The notes: generated by a model from the letters alone, not told the origin. Positions 11,911-24,236 are shown, counted from the first letter of the whole stretch. The stretch: DNA of 63,242 nt, filler included, from Octopus bimaculoides (GCF_001194135.2; 7 parts of 6 records of this genome joined end to end with filler, not necessarily neighbours in it); one strand, 5' to 3'. Program-made: numbers and translations.

Positions 11911-12356
11911 AAACGAATAATAAATGAGTATATGCATATATACGTACAGGTATGTGCGTACCGACATCCACCTGTATGTATAGGTGCATATCTGGGTACA
12001 GGACATTGCAAACAGAACGTAGACGAGAAAACACACAAGCCACATAGAGAACATTCTACTTCATCAGCTACCCCCGTTTTAACACTGGCGTTTCGAAGAG
12101 CTGGGCAGGGTTAGGGTAATGTGTGTGTGTGTGTTTTTAAATATATTTGTGTGTGTTTTTATATATGTGTGTGTGTGTTTATATATATATGTGTGTGTGT
12201 GTGTGTTTTATGTGTGTGCATGTGTTTTTATATATGTGTGTGTGTGTTTTAATATATATATATATGTGTGTGTGTGTGTGTTTTTATATATGTGTGTGTG
12301 TTTTTGTATATATATATATATATGTGTGTTTGTGTGTTTTTATATATGTGTGTGTA

Positions 12357-12530
12357 CATATGAGGTTTGATGAGTATCTGGACTGGTGCTATAAAAAGGA
12401 AACATCACGTATCAGTTTGGCATCCATTTAACCCCCTTTGAAATAGTCCCCTTCTGAAGTGACACACCTTTATCCAGCACCATTTCTATCGATGGATGCA
12501 TTCCTGGAACTCCTTTTTTGGGGATAGTAA
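12357..12530 (-). mobile_element. mariner 3'-end fragment
   Basis: The minus strand resembles the FxxGIxxLxxRWxKCxxxxGDYFE C-terminal region and ends in a TAYGAGG-type terminus (12359 TATGAGG). Confidence 0.5.
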
Positions 12531-12924
12531 GCACACACGTAGGTGTTTGTTTGTTTTTTGCTCCCTCAAAAAGAAAAAAAGAAATAGTGGCAGGGGAGAC
12601 AATTCTAGAAAAAATGCAGTGTGCTAAAGGTAAATTTATACATTGTTGATAAGGGCCCAGTTATTGCAGTGTTTGCACTGAAGTGCATTAGAGATGCTAT
12701 CTAAGGACACATACTGGCTTATCAACAGTGTCTAAATATGGTACATAGATGGGAATTTTAATTTAAAACACTTGTTGTGTATACCAGAAAAATAATAATT
12801 TACTTTATTTTTGTATTTGGTTTGCAAGATTCTGGACGTGAATTTGTGTGTTGAAACAAATCTTGTCTTGGGAGGGTCATTTTGTCAATAATAACACATG
12901 CACTGATTCAACATCACTTCTTTA

Positions 12925-13314
12925 TTACTCTTTTACTTGTTTCAGTCAATTGACTGCGGCTATGCTGGAGCATCGCCTTTAGTCGAGCAAATCGACCCCA
13001 GGACTTATTCTTTGTAAGCCTAGTACTTATTCTATCGGTTTCTTTTGCTGAAAAGCTAAGTTACGGGGATGTAAACACACCACCATCGGTTGTCAAGCAA
13101 TGCTGGGGGGACAAACACAGACACAAACATATACACACACATATATATATACATATATACGCCGGGCTTCTTTCAGTTTCCGTCTACCAAATCCACTCAC
13201 AAGGCATTGGTTGGCTCGAGGCTATAGTAGAAAACACTTGCCCAAGGTTCCACGTAGTGGAACTGAACCCGGAACCATGTGGTTGTTAAGCAAGCTACTT
13301 ACCACACAGCCACT
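12925..13314 (-). mobile_element. SINE family A, full length
   Basis: Complete head-core-microsatellite-tail on the minus strand, colinear with 447-821 and 42573-42965. Confidence 0.92.
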
Positions 13315-14640
13315 GGGTTAAATATCTGACTGACTAACTAATTGGTTGTTTGTTTAATGTGTTGGTTAAACAGTCAATCAGTGTTTTGTTTCTTAAAGTC
13401 CTTTGTTGCTTATTCACCATCTCGTTAATGACTCACCTGCCTCTCTCTTCAGGGTCTGCCTTGAACTTATCTTTATTGTTTAACCAACACAAATGATTGA
13501 TCAGTTAGTTGGTTAGACATTTAACCAATTGACTAACAACAAAGAAGTGATGTTGAACCAGTGCATGTGTCATTATTGTCTTAATGACCCTCCCAAGACA
13601 CACCAACGATAAAATTGATATTAAAATAATTTGATATGAAAAAGTGAATCTTATTTTAATTAATTTTTGTTTTTTTTTGTTTTTTTCTTGCAGTGGTCTC
13701 CTCATATTTACAAGAACTGAGAAGAAAAAGAAACATCAACCAGGCCTATAAATAAATAAATAAATGAATGAATAAGATAAAATAAAAATCCCATGAAAAC
13801 TAACCTTACTCAACATCTGGAAAACAAAACGAAGGGGCTAAAAAAGGATCTCGATAACAATCCGCAAATGAGATAATCATTGGAAAGAAGAAAAAGAAAA
13901 AGAAAAGTCGATGGTAAAAAAGAAGAAAAAATAAAGAAGGGGGGGAAGTAGAAAAGAACAAAATTGAGCCATTAAGAAGTTTTTGAATGACATCGAATTT
14001 CTAGTTGAATTGATTGAAGCAAGACTGAGAATAGTTCGGTGTAATAGTTGTGAGGCTTTACATAAAATTAAACATATCTTTGGTAAAAGAAAAAAAAAAC
14101 AAAAGACATTCGTTATGGTAGTTAAATTATTATTGATACTTAATTGAAAGTATTTAAAAAAAAAACTATCTTTATACTGAAAGTAAATATTTTACAGTTT
14201 CAAAGCTTCACAGAACATAAATAATTCAAAAGTGTAGGAAGTCTGTGCAGAAAGTAAACATTTTGAAGTGTTTGGTTTTACAACAAAACGTAAACATTTT
14301 TGTAGATTGCAGTTCTACGAAGTGTGAACATTTCATTTCACAACTGCTTTTCATATACATTTTCTGAGTGCTGTACAGAATTCAGGACTTGTCAACAATA
14401 ACTATTTCATGCCTGTAGTTTTATACAGAAAAGAAACATTTCTCGATTGTAAGCTAAATCTGAAATAAGCACTTTGACTAATTTATCGAAAATAGTCTCT
14501 ACTCAAGCTTACACAAAAAATACAGCAAAAAAAAAAAATAAATAAAGGGCTCTGCATAATTGTCATTTTTCCTTCTTTGAAAAGTAAGCATTTTTGTGGC
14601 TGAAAGTTTTACATAGCAAATAAACAATTCACGACTGTGG

Positions 14641-14675
<35 letters not shown>

Positions 14676-16357
14676 AGTAAACATTTTTATGCGCTGGAAA
14701 TAAACATTTCATAAGTGTGTGTTAATTACAGGAAACGAAGCATTTCGCAACTGTGTCCATAATCAAGAGAGAAATAGAAAGAGAGAGAGAGAAAGAAAAA
14801 GAAACGAGGTGATTACATTCGTGTCACAATAGCGCAAGTTGACATCAAGTAAAATTTTCTCTTGTAAATTCTACAGCAAAAGTGTGTGTGTCAGAGAAGA
14901 AGACATTTTCATAAATTTATATTGGTGTATATATATATATATATAACTATATATACATGAGACAAAAAGTTATTAAAGAAAAGCACAACTTTTCTTCACC
15001 CCCTTCAATCAAATTGTGGCTTGTGTAATACTCCGAAGATAAAAATCATCACACTTTACAAACAGTTTAAAAGGAAAACTTATTAAGAAAAGATGCAAAA
15101 AGAAAACCCTTCTCAAAAAAAAAAACTTATTGGATCAAACCTTTAATATTGTTGCAGGAATATTGTTTTGAAATTTAAATAGGAATTGAGTTTACCACCT
15201 GGAAGAAATATTTAGTGGAAAAAATACGTGATAAATAAACAAACAAAGGAGGAAACCATTTGAGGGCGAGAAACTTCACTTACGAATATTTTGCTTTGAA
15301 ACCAAACTTGAACTACCACCACTGCCACATCTTTAATCAAGCATTTACACTTGTGTACACACAGAAACATAGTCTCTGATCTATCTTAACCTTAGCTTTT
15401 CTCTGTCTCTTCTTTGATTCTTACCCCAGTGTTGCATTTTCATCCACATCCCCAATCTTTTACCCTACCACCCACAAAAACGGGTGGTGGGGACCAGGGA
15501 TAATTTCTAAATTAACTGTATATATATATATCTATATATACACACATATATATATATTTATAGATATATATATATTTTCTTGCTTATTGGGTGAAACATG
15601 AAATCCTTTAAAGACAAGGACCCTACTTAAGTCTTCCCTTCCCCTATCCCTTTGGGGAAAAAAAAGCCCAGGAAAAAGAGGTAAAGGAAAGGTAAAACTA
15701 ATAAAGCACACACACATATAACATATGCATGCATATTCACATGCGTACATATATGCATGCCACATGTTCTCAAATGGGACTGGATGAAATGCTTGGTTTT
15801 AAGTTGCACCGAGTTACACCTTAAAATTTTGCAGTACCTTACATATACGTGCATAAACTTACACATACACACACAAAGGTATTTTATATACACATTACTC
15901 TTTCTATTAGCAAACTGTGCTTGTCCGTGTAAAAAGAAGGGAGGTGGTCGTTTACATCAAGGGCACTGTGGTGCCAGGGGTGGTTGTGGGGGTGGTGATA
16001 ATAGCTAATTGTTACAGTAATATTAGTTGTAGTTAGTAGTAGTAATAATAACAGCAAGTGGTAGTCTCTTAGGTTTATATTTTTTTTGCTTTTTTAAAAT
16101 TTTTTTTTTTTAGAATTTTTTAAAGAATTAAAAAAAATTAAATTTTAAACTATTCTGTGAATTTTAGGTGTACACACACACACACACATATATATGTTTA
16201 CTATGGGAGCAATAGTGGTTTTTCTTTGAAATTTTTAAAAACTAGTACGAAAAGGGTGTCTTTTCTTTTAATTTTTTTTTCCTTTTCTGTGACCCTTCCT
16301 GATTGATTTCTTAACACACCCCTCGTTCCTCCGGGTCATCTCATTTTCCCACTATAG

Positions 16358-16450
16358 TTGGTTCTTTTTCATCCACACAAAACACTTACAACCAAATTCA
16401 CAGCAACAACAACAACTGTACCAGCAGCAACAGCGCCGCCAGTTGTTCTT
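16358..16450 (+). other. Putative 5' portion (UTR or N-terminal extension) of the lats exon after a splice acceptor
   Basis: Pyrimidine-rich TCATTTTCCCACTATAG at 16341-16357 with branch-like CTTAAC ~45 nt upstream; stop-free and in frame with the ATG at 16451. Confidence 0.55.
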
Positions 16451-17233
16451 ATGAAACGTACACACGAGCGCCGCCCACTTCTCTTGACTTTTTCCGATCA
16501 TCACCGCAAAATGTTGCAGGAGATCCGTGATAATTTGAGTCACTTACAGAAGAACAATCTTAGCAACGACATCTCGCTGGACTTGTACGAGAAGGGCGTC
16601 GGCAGTGGCGTTGGCGGCAGTGGCGGTGATGGTGGTGGTAGCAGCAGTGGTGGTGGTGGTGGTGTCGGCGTTGTGATCAGCAGTGGGAATGGCGGTGGAG
16701 GTGGTTTTGGCATTGTCAGTAGCAACGGCATTGTTGTCAAGAGCAGCAGCAGCAACAACAACAACGTCAATGGCGGTGGCGGTGTTGGCGGAACCAATTA
16801 CTTCGTCAACAGCAGCAATGCCATTGTCACCTGCAGCAGCACAGTGTGCAGCGATGGCGTTGGCGGCAATTGCAACAGTGTTGCAAACCATGTTAGCAAC
16901 AACAGCAATACTTGCAACATTAGTGGTGGCAACAGCAACAACAACAACAACAACAATCCTATGATCATCACTGCTACTTCGAATGCCAACAACACTAACG
17001 CCGCCACCAGTAATAGCAGCGGCGGCAGCAGTAATAGCGGTGGCAACAAAACTATTACGCGGACGGATTATCACCAAAAGGCACTTGCAGAGATTCGGAA
17101 GAGTTTGAAACCGTATGCAAATAGTGATTCTGCTACAGTTATCGTGCAGTATGGTGTTGATGTTGACACGAGTGGCTTACAGGGCGGAAAGACTGGACAA
17201 ATTACCACAAACATTACAGTTGGATATGATGAC
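16451..17233 (+). CDS. lats: First coding exon (261 codons, partial CDS) of a LATS/Warts serine/threonine kinase (Hippo pathway): N-terminus up to the start of the UBA domain
   Basis: MKR start; HRKMLQEIRDNLSHL matches remembered human LATS1 SRQMLQEIRESLRNL; YHQKALAEIRKSLKPYAN matches THHKALQEIRNSLLPFAN; the exon ends ...VGYDD|GTAAGT (donor 17234), like LATS1 ...AGFDE at a phase-0 exon end. The ORF-track tail beyond 17233 is intron and MITE. Confidence 0.9.
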
Positions 17234-17298
17234 GTAAGTGACATGCGTTGCTTTTTTTTATATCTTTCAGTCATTGATGAAGTTTTTTACTTTATGTA

Positions 17299-17799
17299 TA
17301 GGGTGTCCATAAAGTCTCTTTACCATCTAAGAAAAATATTACAAACGCAATTGATAAGCTATTTTATTCAGATTTATTCTATTGTATTCAGTGTTTACTA
17401 AAGTTTTTAATCACATCCCGGTGGATTGGAAGGGATGGGCCAATTCCTTGGACGCCAGATATCACCAGATATCACCAGATATCACTCCCCTGGACTTCTT
17501 TCTATGGGGCTATGTTAAAGATATCGTGTATCGAACAAAGATTACTGACCTAAAGCAAAAGATTACTGATGCCATTGCCACAACTGATGAAGCTATGCTA
17601 CAGCAAACATGGCAAGAAATCTAGTACCGTCTTGATGTGCTTCGTACAACTGATGGTGCCCATGTAGAAGTGTATTAAATGAGGTAAAAAAAAACTTTAA
17701 TAAGCACTGAATACAATAGAACAAATCTGAATAAAATATCTTATCAATTGCATTTGTAATGAAGTTTTGAAATGGTAAAGAGACTTTATGGACACCCTG
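17299..17799 (+). mobile_element. 501-bp non-autonomous Tc1/mariner element with 28-bp TIRs, TA target duplication and a transposase C-terminal remnant
   Basis: TA|TAGGGTGTCCATAAAGTCTCTTTACCAT...ATGGTAAAGAGACTTTATGGACACCCTG|TA (1 mismatch); internal SPDITPLDFFLWGYVKDIVY...LKQKITDAIA...WQEI*YRLDVLRTTDGAHVE. Confidence 0.93.
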
Positions 17800-17909
17800 T
17801 ATGTTTCTAATTTTCTTTGTGATTGTAAAGCTTGCTTCCGAACCCTGTGGTCACGGGCTCAATCCCCCAGTGTGACTTCTTGTGTAAATATATTCCGTTA
17901 TCTGTCATA

Positions 17910-18120
17910 TACAAGGAGCTGCTGGAAAGTTCCTGACTTTTAGGGGGTTGCGAAAGCCCTTATTGGAGGGCCAACCTTCTGAGTTCTTTTACAGGGCTTA
18001 GAAAAACTGAAAGACTGACCGGTGCAATAAATGTATGAATATTTGAGAGGGGAATATGTTGAATCAAATCATAATTAATTGATCCTCCTCTATTTTCTTT
18101 TACCCAAAGCCCAGAACAGT
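17910..18120 (+). mobile_element. mariner-derived MITE, diverged copy
   Basis: TACAAGGAGCTGCTGGAAAGTTCCTGACTTT...GAGAGGGGAATATGTTGAAT...CCCAAAGCCC; same family as 42985-43149. Confidence 0.7.
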
Positions 18121-18276
18121 GTACTGGGAACTCTTTTGTGGGACCAGCACTAGTGAAGTCATCAAGAACCGATAAGACAAGATCCCTCAACTGAGTGTAG
18201 TATAATACTTAGGGACAAAAAGAAAGTAAGATTGAGGGACAGATGAACCCAAGTAGGCTTGATGAGAATATTTACA

Positions 18277-18869
18277 CATCATCATCATCATCGTTTAATG
18301 TCCGCTTTCCATGCTAGCATGGGTTGGACGATTTGACTGAGGACTGGTGAACCAGATGGCTACACCAGGCTCCAATCTGATCTGGCAGAGTTTCTACAGA
18401 GGGATGCCCTTCCTAATGCCAACCACTNNNNNNNNNNGGCTCCAATCTGATCTGGCAGAGTTTCTACAGAGGGATGCCCTTCCTAATGCCAACCACTCCG
18501 AGAGTGTAGTGGGTGCTTTTACGTGTCACCGGCACGAAGGCCAGTCAGGCGGTACTGGCAACGGCCATGCTCAAAATGGCGTATTTTACGTGCTACCTGC
18601 ATAGGAGCCAGTCCAGCGGCACTAGCAACGATCTCGCTTGAATGACTTTTCACGTGCCACTGGCACAAGTGCCAGGAAGGCGACGCTGGTAAAGATTACG
18701 CTCGAACGGTGCTCTTAGCACTCCACTGGTACAGGTGCCATCACGATTTCGCTTTCGCTTGCCCCAACAGGTCTTCGCAAGCCGAGTTTCATGTCCAATG
18801 AAGGAGACAATGTTGGCATGGGTGCCAGTTGTCGAATTTAGTTCGATTTCGATTTCACTTTCATAAAAT
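18277..18869 (-). mobile_element. Near full-length RTE-tail-like non-autonomous retroelement (family C) ending in (GAT)n
   Basis: The minus strand ends ...GTTGGCATTAGGAAGGGCATCC...GCTAGCATGGAAAGCGGACATTAAACGATGATGATG, with internal GGCACGTRAAA/GCCAGT subrepeats and no intact ORF. Confidence 0.7.
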
Positions 18870-19411
18870 AACAAAATGTTTTGAGACTAACTGAAGCTGT
18901 TTGCCAATCTGACTCTCTTGAAGTTGTTTGTCTTTGTCCATAGAGCTGCTGTCGCAATGAGATGGCTATCATCTGACAAGATGAAACAACCATCATATCT
19001 GTATGAATCCGGAAGTACGTGGTTGGGAAGTGACCATGTCATGTGATGGTTGTAAGATGATTGTCATTCTTGGACAAACAATGTCATTCATTTCCAACTT
19101 TCTGTAAATAAACATGCCTAGGAAACATGGGGAAATATTACTTTGCTTGGAAACAGGTGAGGGTTGGGGACAGGAAGAGCATCTGGCTATAGCCTCAAAT
19201 TCTGTCTAACACAAACAGACATGGAAAAGTGTATGTTCAAATGACAGTGATGTGGCTGTGTGATAAGAAGCTTGTTTGGCAACCATGTTTGGATTGTGCT
19301 TGCACAGGGGCCATCCAGACTCCTGTCTTCACTGAACAGGGATTAATTTTTTCTCTTCGCTCCTTTGCGCCACATGGGCTCAACTCTCCTCCCCTCTTCA
19401 TCTATCCCGCC

Positions 19412-19511
19412 NNNNNNNNNNNNNNNNNNNNNNNNNNNNNNNNNNNNNNNNNNNNTTAATTAATTAANNNNNNNNNNNNNNNNNNNNNNNNNNNNNNNNN
19501 NNNNNNNNNNN
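19412..19511. other. Assembly spacer N44-TTAATTAATTAA-N44; the 12-mer is at 19456-19467 and recurs at 35303, 42268, 46831, 52282 and 61613
   Basis: An identical 12-mer sits centred in 100-bp gaps six times. Confidence 0.95.
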
Positions 19512-19633
19512 GAAACTCTGCCAAATCAGACTGGAGCCTGGTGTTGCCATCCGGTTTCACCAGTCCTCAGTCAAATCGTCCAACCCATGCTAGCATGGAA
19601 AGCGGACGTTAAACGATGATGATGATGATGATG
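19512..19633 (+). mobile_element. Family C 3' end
   Basis: GAAACTCTGCCAAATCAGACTGGAGCCTGG...GCGGACGTTAAACGATGATGATGATGATGAT. Confidence 0.8.
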
Positions 19634-19693
19634 ATATATATATATACATGTGTGTGTGTCTCTGTGTGTATGTGTGTGTGTGTGTGTCTCTGT

Positions 19694-19741
<48 letters not shown>

Positions 19742-22026
19742 ACAATCCTGTAACTTGGAAAGAGAGACTGATAGAATAGTACTAGGTCTTAAAAAATAAT
19801 TACCAGGTTTGATTTGTTTAACTTAAAATTCTTCCTTGTAGTGCCCCAACAGGGCCAGGCCACAGTCTAATGACTGAAACAAGTAAAAGATTAAAGATTA
19901 AGAAAGATTATATATATATATACACACACACATACTAATAGGATGCTGCTGATACCTCATGCACTGCTACTCAAAGTTTCACGCAATACATGTTTCACCA
20001 GGTGATATTGTTTATCAAACCCTGTTTCATATAAAATTACATGTAGCAACACAGAAGTTACCTGCTGTACTGCTGCATACAATAACAATTATACTTTACG
20101 ACATGTACTGGATAATTTTCACACAGTTTTGTGAAGCAAAACGCAGACACACACACACACACACACACAAGCCAACATCAATGTGTGCATGCTTGTATAT
20201 CTATTTATGTTATGCTTCCTAAGTATGTGTGTTTGGATGTACACATCTATGTATGAATGAATGCATACATGCAGTGCTTCAAAATGCATAATTAAATGAA
20301 ATATTTGTGTTAGTACAGTATACCCTGCTGCTTATAAATATAAGTAGATGATGTTATTTATTCAGGTACAACAAGCATATTGTTTGGTAAAGGTAAAATT
20401 TGCCAGGCCTCAATCTGAGCAAATTTCTTGACAGATGTCTCGCCTTAAACATAATATTTTTCTCTCACCCAACTCTTTTTCACTTTATGTAAATATATAT
20501 AAATGTATGTACACAAACATAAATATATGTAAATGTATCTACATAGATATTTGAAAGTGATTATGTATATCTATATATTTGTGTATATATATATATGTAT
20601 GTGTGTATATGTGTATATATATAAATGTGTATATATATATGTACACAAAAATAAATATATGTATATGTATCTACATAGATATTTGAATGTTTATATGTAT
20701 ATGTATATATTTGTGTATATATATGTCTGTGTGTACATGTGTATATATATGTTTGTGTGTACATGTGTATATATATATATATATATATATGAATGTGTAT
20801 ATATGTACACACATTCACACTCATATATATAAATAAATATATATATGAGTGTGAATGTGTGTACATATATACACATTTATATATATACACATATACACAC
20901 AGACATATACACAAATATATACATATACATATACACATTCAAATATCTATAAATAAATATATGTATGTATATTTATAATGTGTATGTGAGTATATATATA
21001 TTTGCATACACACACACACACACACATGTAATGGTTATTGCATACATCATACTGAATGAAATTCCAGAGAGAATGAACATGCTTAACACCATGCTGTTAT
21101 GCTTTAATAATCATTTTGTTTGTTGAGAACATGAAAAACTATATCTCAGTGAAAGTTCTGAGATAACAATTTCTATGGATTTCTAGGGGTGTTTTCATTG
21201 AATCTGTAAGATGGTAGTCATATAACAGAGAAACCTTCTGTTGTGAAGGCACATTATGAAATAAGGGATTTCGCCCAAAGGAAAACATTTGTTATATTAT
21301 TGTTGCATTGTATTTATTAACATAACTTGATGCTAGTTATCATTAATCTTTTATTCCAATGGAGAAATGGAAAACATCTCCAAGACCTCCAGAGGCTTTG
21401 AGGTTGAGTCATTCAGAAATTCACTTCACAATTGAGAGGTTTATGGTCAGTGGTCAAGCAAGAATGTGTGTTGCCCAAGGCAGCCCTTCAGTTAGCTACA
21501 CATTCCCTTTCATTTATTCAGGCTTATACAGTAGAATCAAAAGTGCAGCACCGAGAAAAGCAATACCTGAGGTGAACCACCTCTCTACCCTAACAGTTAT
21601 GCAACTGTTCAGAGTTCAATCCCACATGTCATGCCAGGCAAGTGTTTTTGCCCATAGTTTCAGCTTAGCCCAAACCTTATAAGGGATATTTTGAGCAGAG
21701 CAGACTGAAAACAGAGTAGAAACCACATAGATGGGATGGTCTATAGCAGGATATTGAGCCAAAGATTTAACTTATTGCTTTGTTTGAAAGCACCACCTGA
21801 CTATTGGGTACTTTTAGCTGGGTCTACTTTGAGTTCCTTTGCGTTTTAGTTCTAAGGACCATTTTTTATTCCTGTCACTAGTTTAGGAATGGAAAAAACA
21901 AAAAAGGATCTTAAATACCACCAGTTATCCTTTGACTAATTAAGGATAATATGCACACACACATGTATATAAGTGTTTGAGTGTTTGTGTGTGTGTGTGT
22001 GTGTGTTTGTGTTTGTGTGTGTGTGC

Positions 22027-22074
<48 letters not shown>

Positions 22075-22846
22075 GCATCATCTTAAGGCTCTGTGTGTGT
22101 GTTTTCAAAGCTTATCTCTACATTCTGTATCCATAAGTAAATGATGGATTAAATATTCTTTTGGATTTAAAGCAAGTGTTTTGCAACTAGAACTGCAAAA
22201 CATAGCACAAGCTATGCTCTCATATATCATCATCATCATTTTACATCCAACTTCCATGTATGTCCTTATGTATATGCATATGTATATATATATATGTGTA
22301 TATATATGAGTGTGTGTATATATATATCATCAGGGAATCATAAATCCCCAAAAGAAGCACACTCTAAGATACAGAGCAGTAGAGTAGATAGATAAAGATG
22401 GATATGGCTGCCCTATGGTGTTACCATAGTAATAAAGTATTCCTTTTAGCAAAAATCTCTACCCTACCTGCTATATCTAAGTCAGTGGTTAATTGTTTGG
22501 CTTCACTGTTGATGTTGTTGCATGTATGTGGAGAAGTGCACCTTTAGTTCTGTGTAATATAGTTTTATAACAGCCTGTCATAAGTATGGGCATCTATCCT
22601 ATATAGATTTCTAGATTTCTCTGAGAAGATTAGGGACCTGTTGGAATTTTTTAGTAGTCTAATTTCGGTATGGAGCTTATGATGGAAGGAGCAAGAGGAC
22701 TTATAGAATTTTAGACCAGCCATATCTATTTTTATCTATCTAATCTATCTATCTATCTATCTATCTACCTATCTATCTATCTATCTATCAATCTATCTAT
22801 CTATCTATCTAATTTATCTATATATCTGTCTATTTATGTATGCGTG

Positions 22847-22882
<36 letters not shown>

Positions 22883-23722
22883 AATCTATCTATATAAATA
22901 TATATATATGTATGATGTATGTATGTATATATGAGTGTATGTATGCATGTATGTATGGATGGATGTTTGAAACTGTCTGCAAGTCCATTCTTTACATTGA
23001 TCATAATTACATTTATATTAATGTTTAATTAACATCAGTGAAATATGTTTTCATTTCATTTACTACTGTTTTAATTACATTTTATAGTCTTCAAAAGATT
23101 GGTTTGATAAACTCTAGTTTATGTTAATTTTGTTTATTGTAGTGACATTTAAGTATAAATCTTTTGGGGTTTCTATTAGGTTATATACACCTACTGTGGG
23201 TTTAGAAATTTACACATTGTATTGTGTTGTGGGAACTCTGTTCTGTCACAAGTACTACTAAGTGAATTTTACTGCTAAGTCAACTAATTCCCATGTAGTA
23301 CCTAAAATCATTTTATGTTGTTCACACCATTCTACAGAGTAGTACTGTTTGGTGTCAAAACAACAATGTTTTCCAGAAGAACAGCTGATGATGGGGAATA
23401 TTTGTTTATTTAGATAAATTATGTTGTTATTGCATGATACCCTTTTTAGATTTTTTTTTACCTAGTTTTACGTCTTTCAGCATTTCAATGTTATCCTCAC
23501 TTTAAGTTCAAGTTATCTATGGCTTTTTTTTTATTGTCTTGTATGTGTTTTTGTTTAATTTCAAGTGTTTCCATTGTTTGTTTTTTTTAAAATTTAATTT
23601 TGTGTTTAATGGATTACAAGGAACATCTGTGTAATTGGATCCGGTTTAATGTTTTAGATATTTATTTCTGTCAGTTCATTAAGAATTAAGTGATAACAAG
23701 ATTTATTAGGTTAGGTGTTGGC

Positions 23723-23780
<58 letters not shown>

Positions 23781-24002
23781 GCAAACAGATAGATATACAA
23801 TATTTTCATATGTATATATATATATGTGTGTGTATGAATATATGTACATATGTACATATATATTCTGTTTACATACATTTGTTTATGCATAAATATATAT
23901 ATATGTGCATGCATGTGCATGTGTATGTGTGAAAATGCATGCCCCACCACACACACACACTTGATGCACAAGCACACACATACTCACCAAAGACTGCAAA
24001 GT

Positions 24003-24033
<31 letters not shown>

Positions 24034-24205
24034 ACAACATCATCATCATCAACATCGTCATTGTCATTGTTTAACGTCCGCTTTCCATGCTGGCGTGTGT
24101 TGGATGGTTCTCACTTAATACTCATTCAGGCATTGAAAAACACATGAACATGATGATAATATCATATGCATTATGCATGCATGCATACGTACGTACATAC
24201 ATACA

Positions 24206-24235
<30 letters not shown>

Positions 24236-24236
<1 letters not shown>

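Noticed and set aside
12055-12100. Possible type-II hammerhead (minus strand GAAACGCCAGTG...CTGATGA)
   Set aside because: G at position 17, and stems I and II do not pair convincingly.
16540-17077. Antisense and alternative-frame ORFs overlapping the lats exon (poly-Pro, poly-Ala, poly-Leu)
   Set aside because: Shadows of the GGT/AAC/AGC codon repeats; no independent support.
17234-17401. C-terminal 55 aa of the 347-aa ORF
   Set aside because: It lies after a consensus GTAAGT donor and runs into the MITE TIR, so it is intronic read-through.
18369-18500. Direct duplication across a 10-N gap (likewise ~6304-6410, 57536-58046 and 61026-61568)
   Set aside because: Identical sequence on both sides of gaps indicates unmerged contig overlaps, although a true tandem repeat cannot be excluded for 57536-58046.
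19456-19467. TTAATTAATTAA palindrome recurring six times (also 35303, 42268, 46831, 52282, 61613)
   Set aside because: Always centred between two 44-N runs; it is a synthetic scaffolding linker, not biology.
21359-21682. 107-aa gap-free ORF (also 3698-4150, 43604-43954 and 51624-51824)
   Set aside because: No recognisable domain, splice context or codon signal; 3698-4150 overlaps a family-C repeat.
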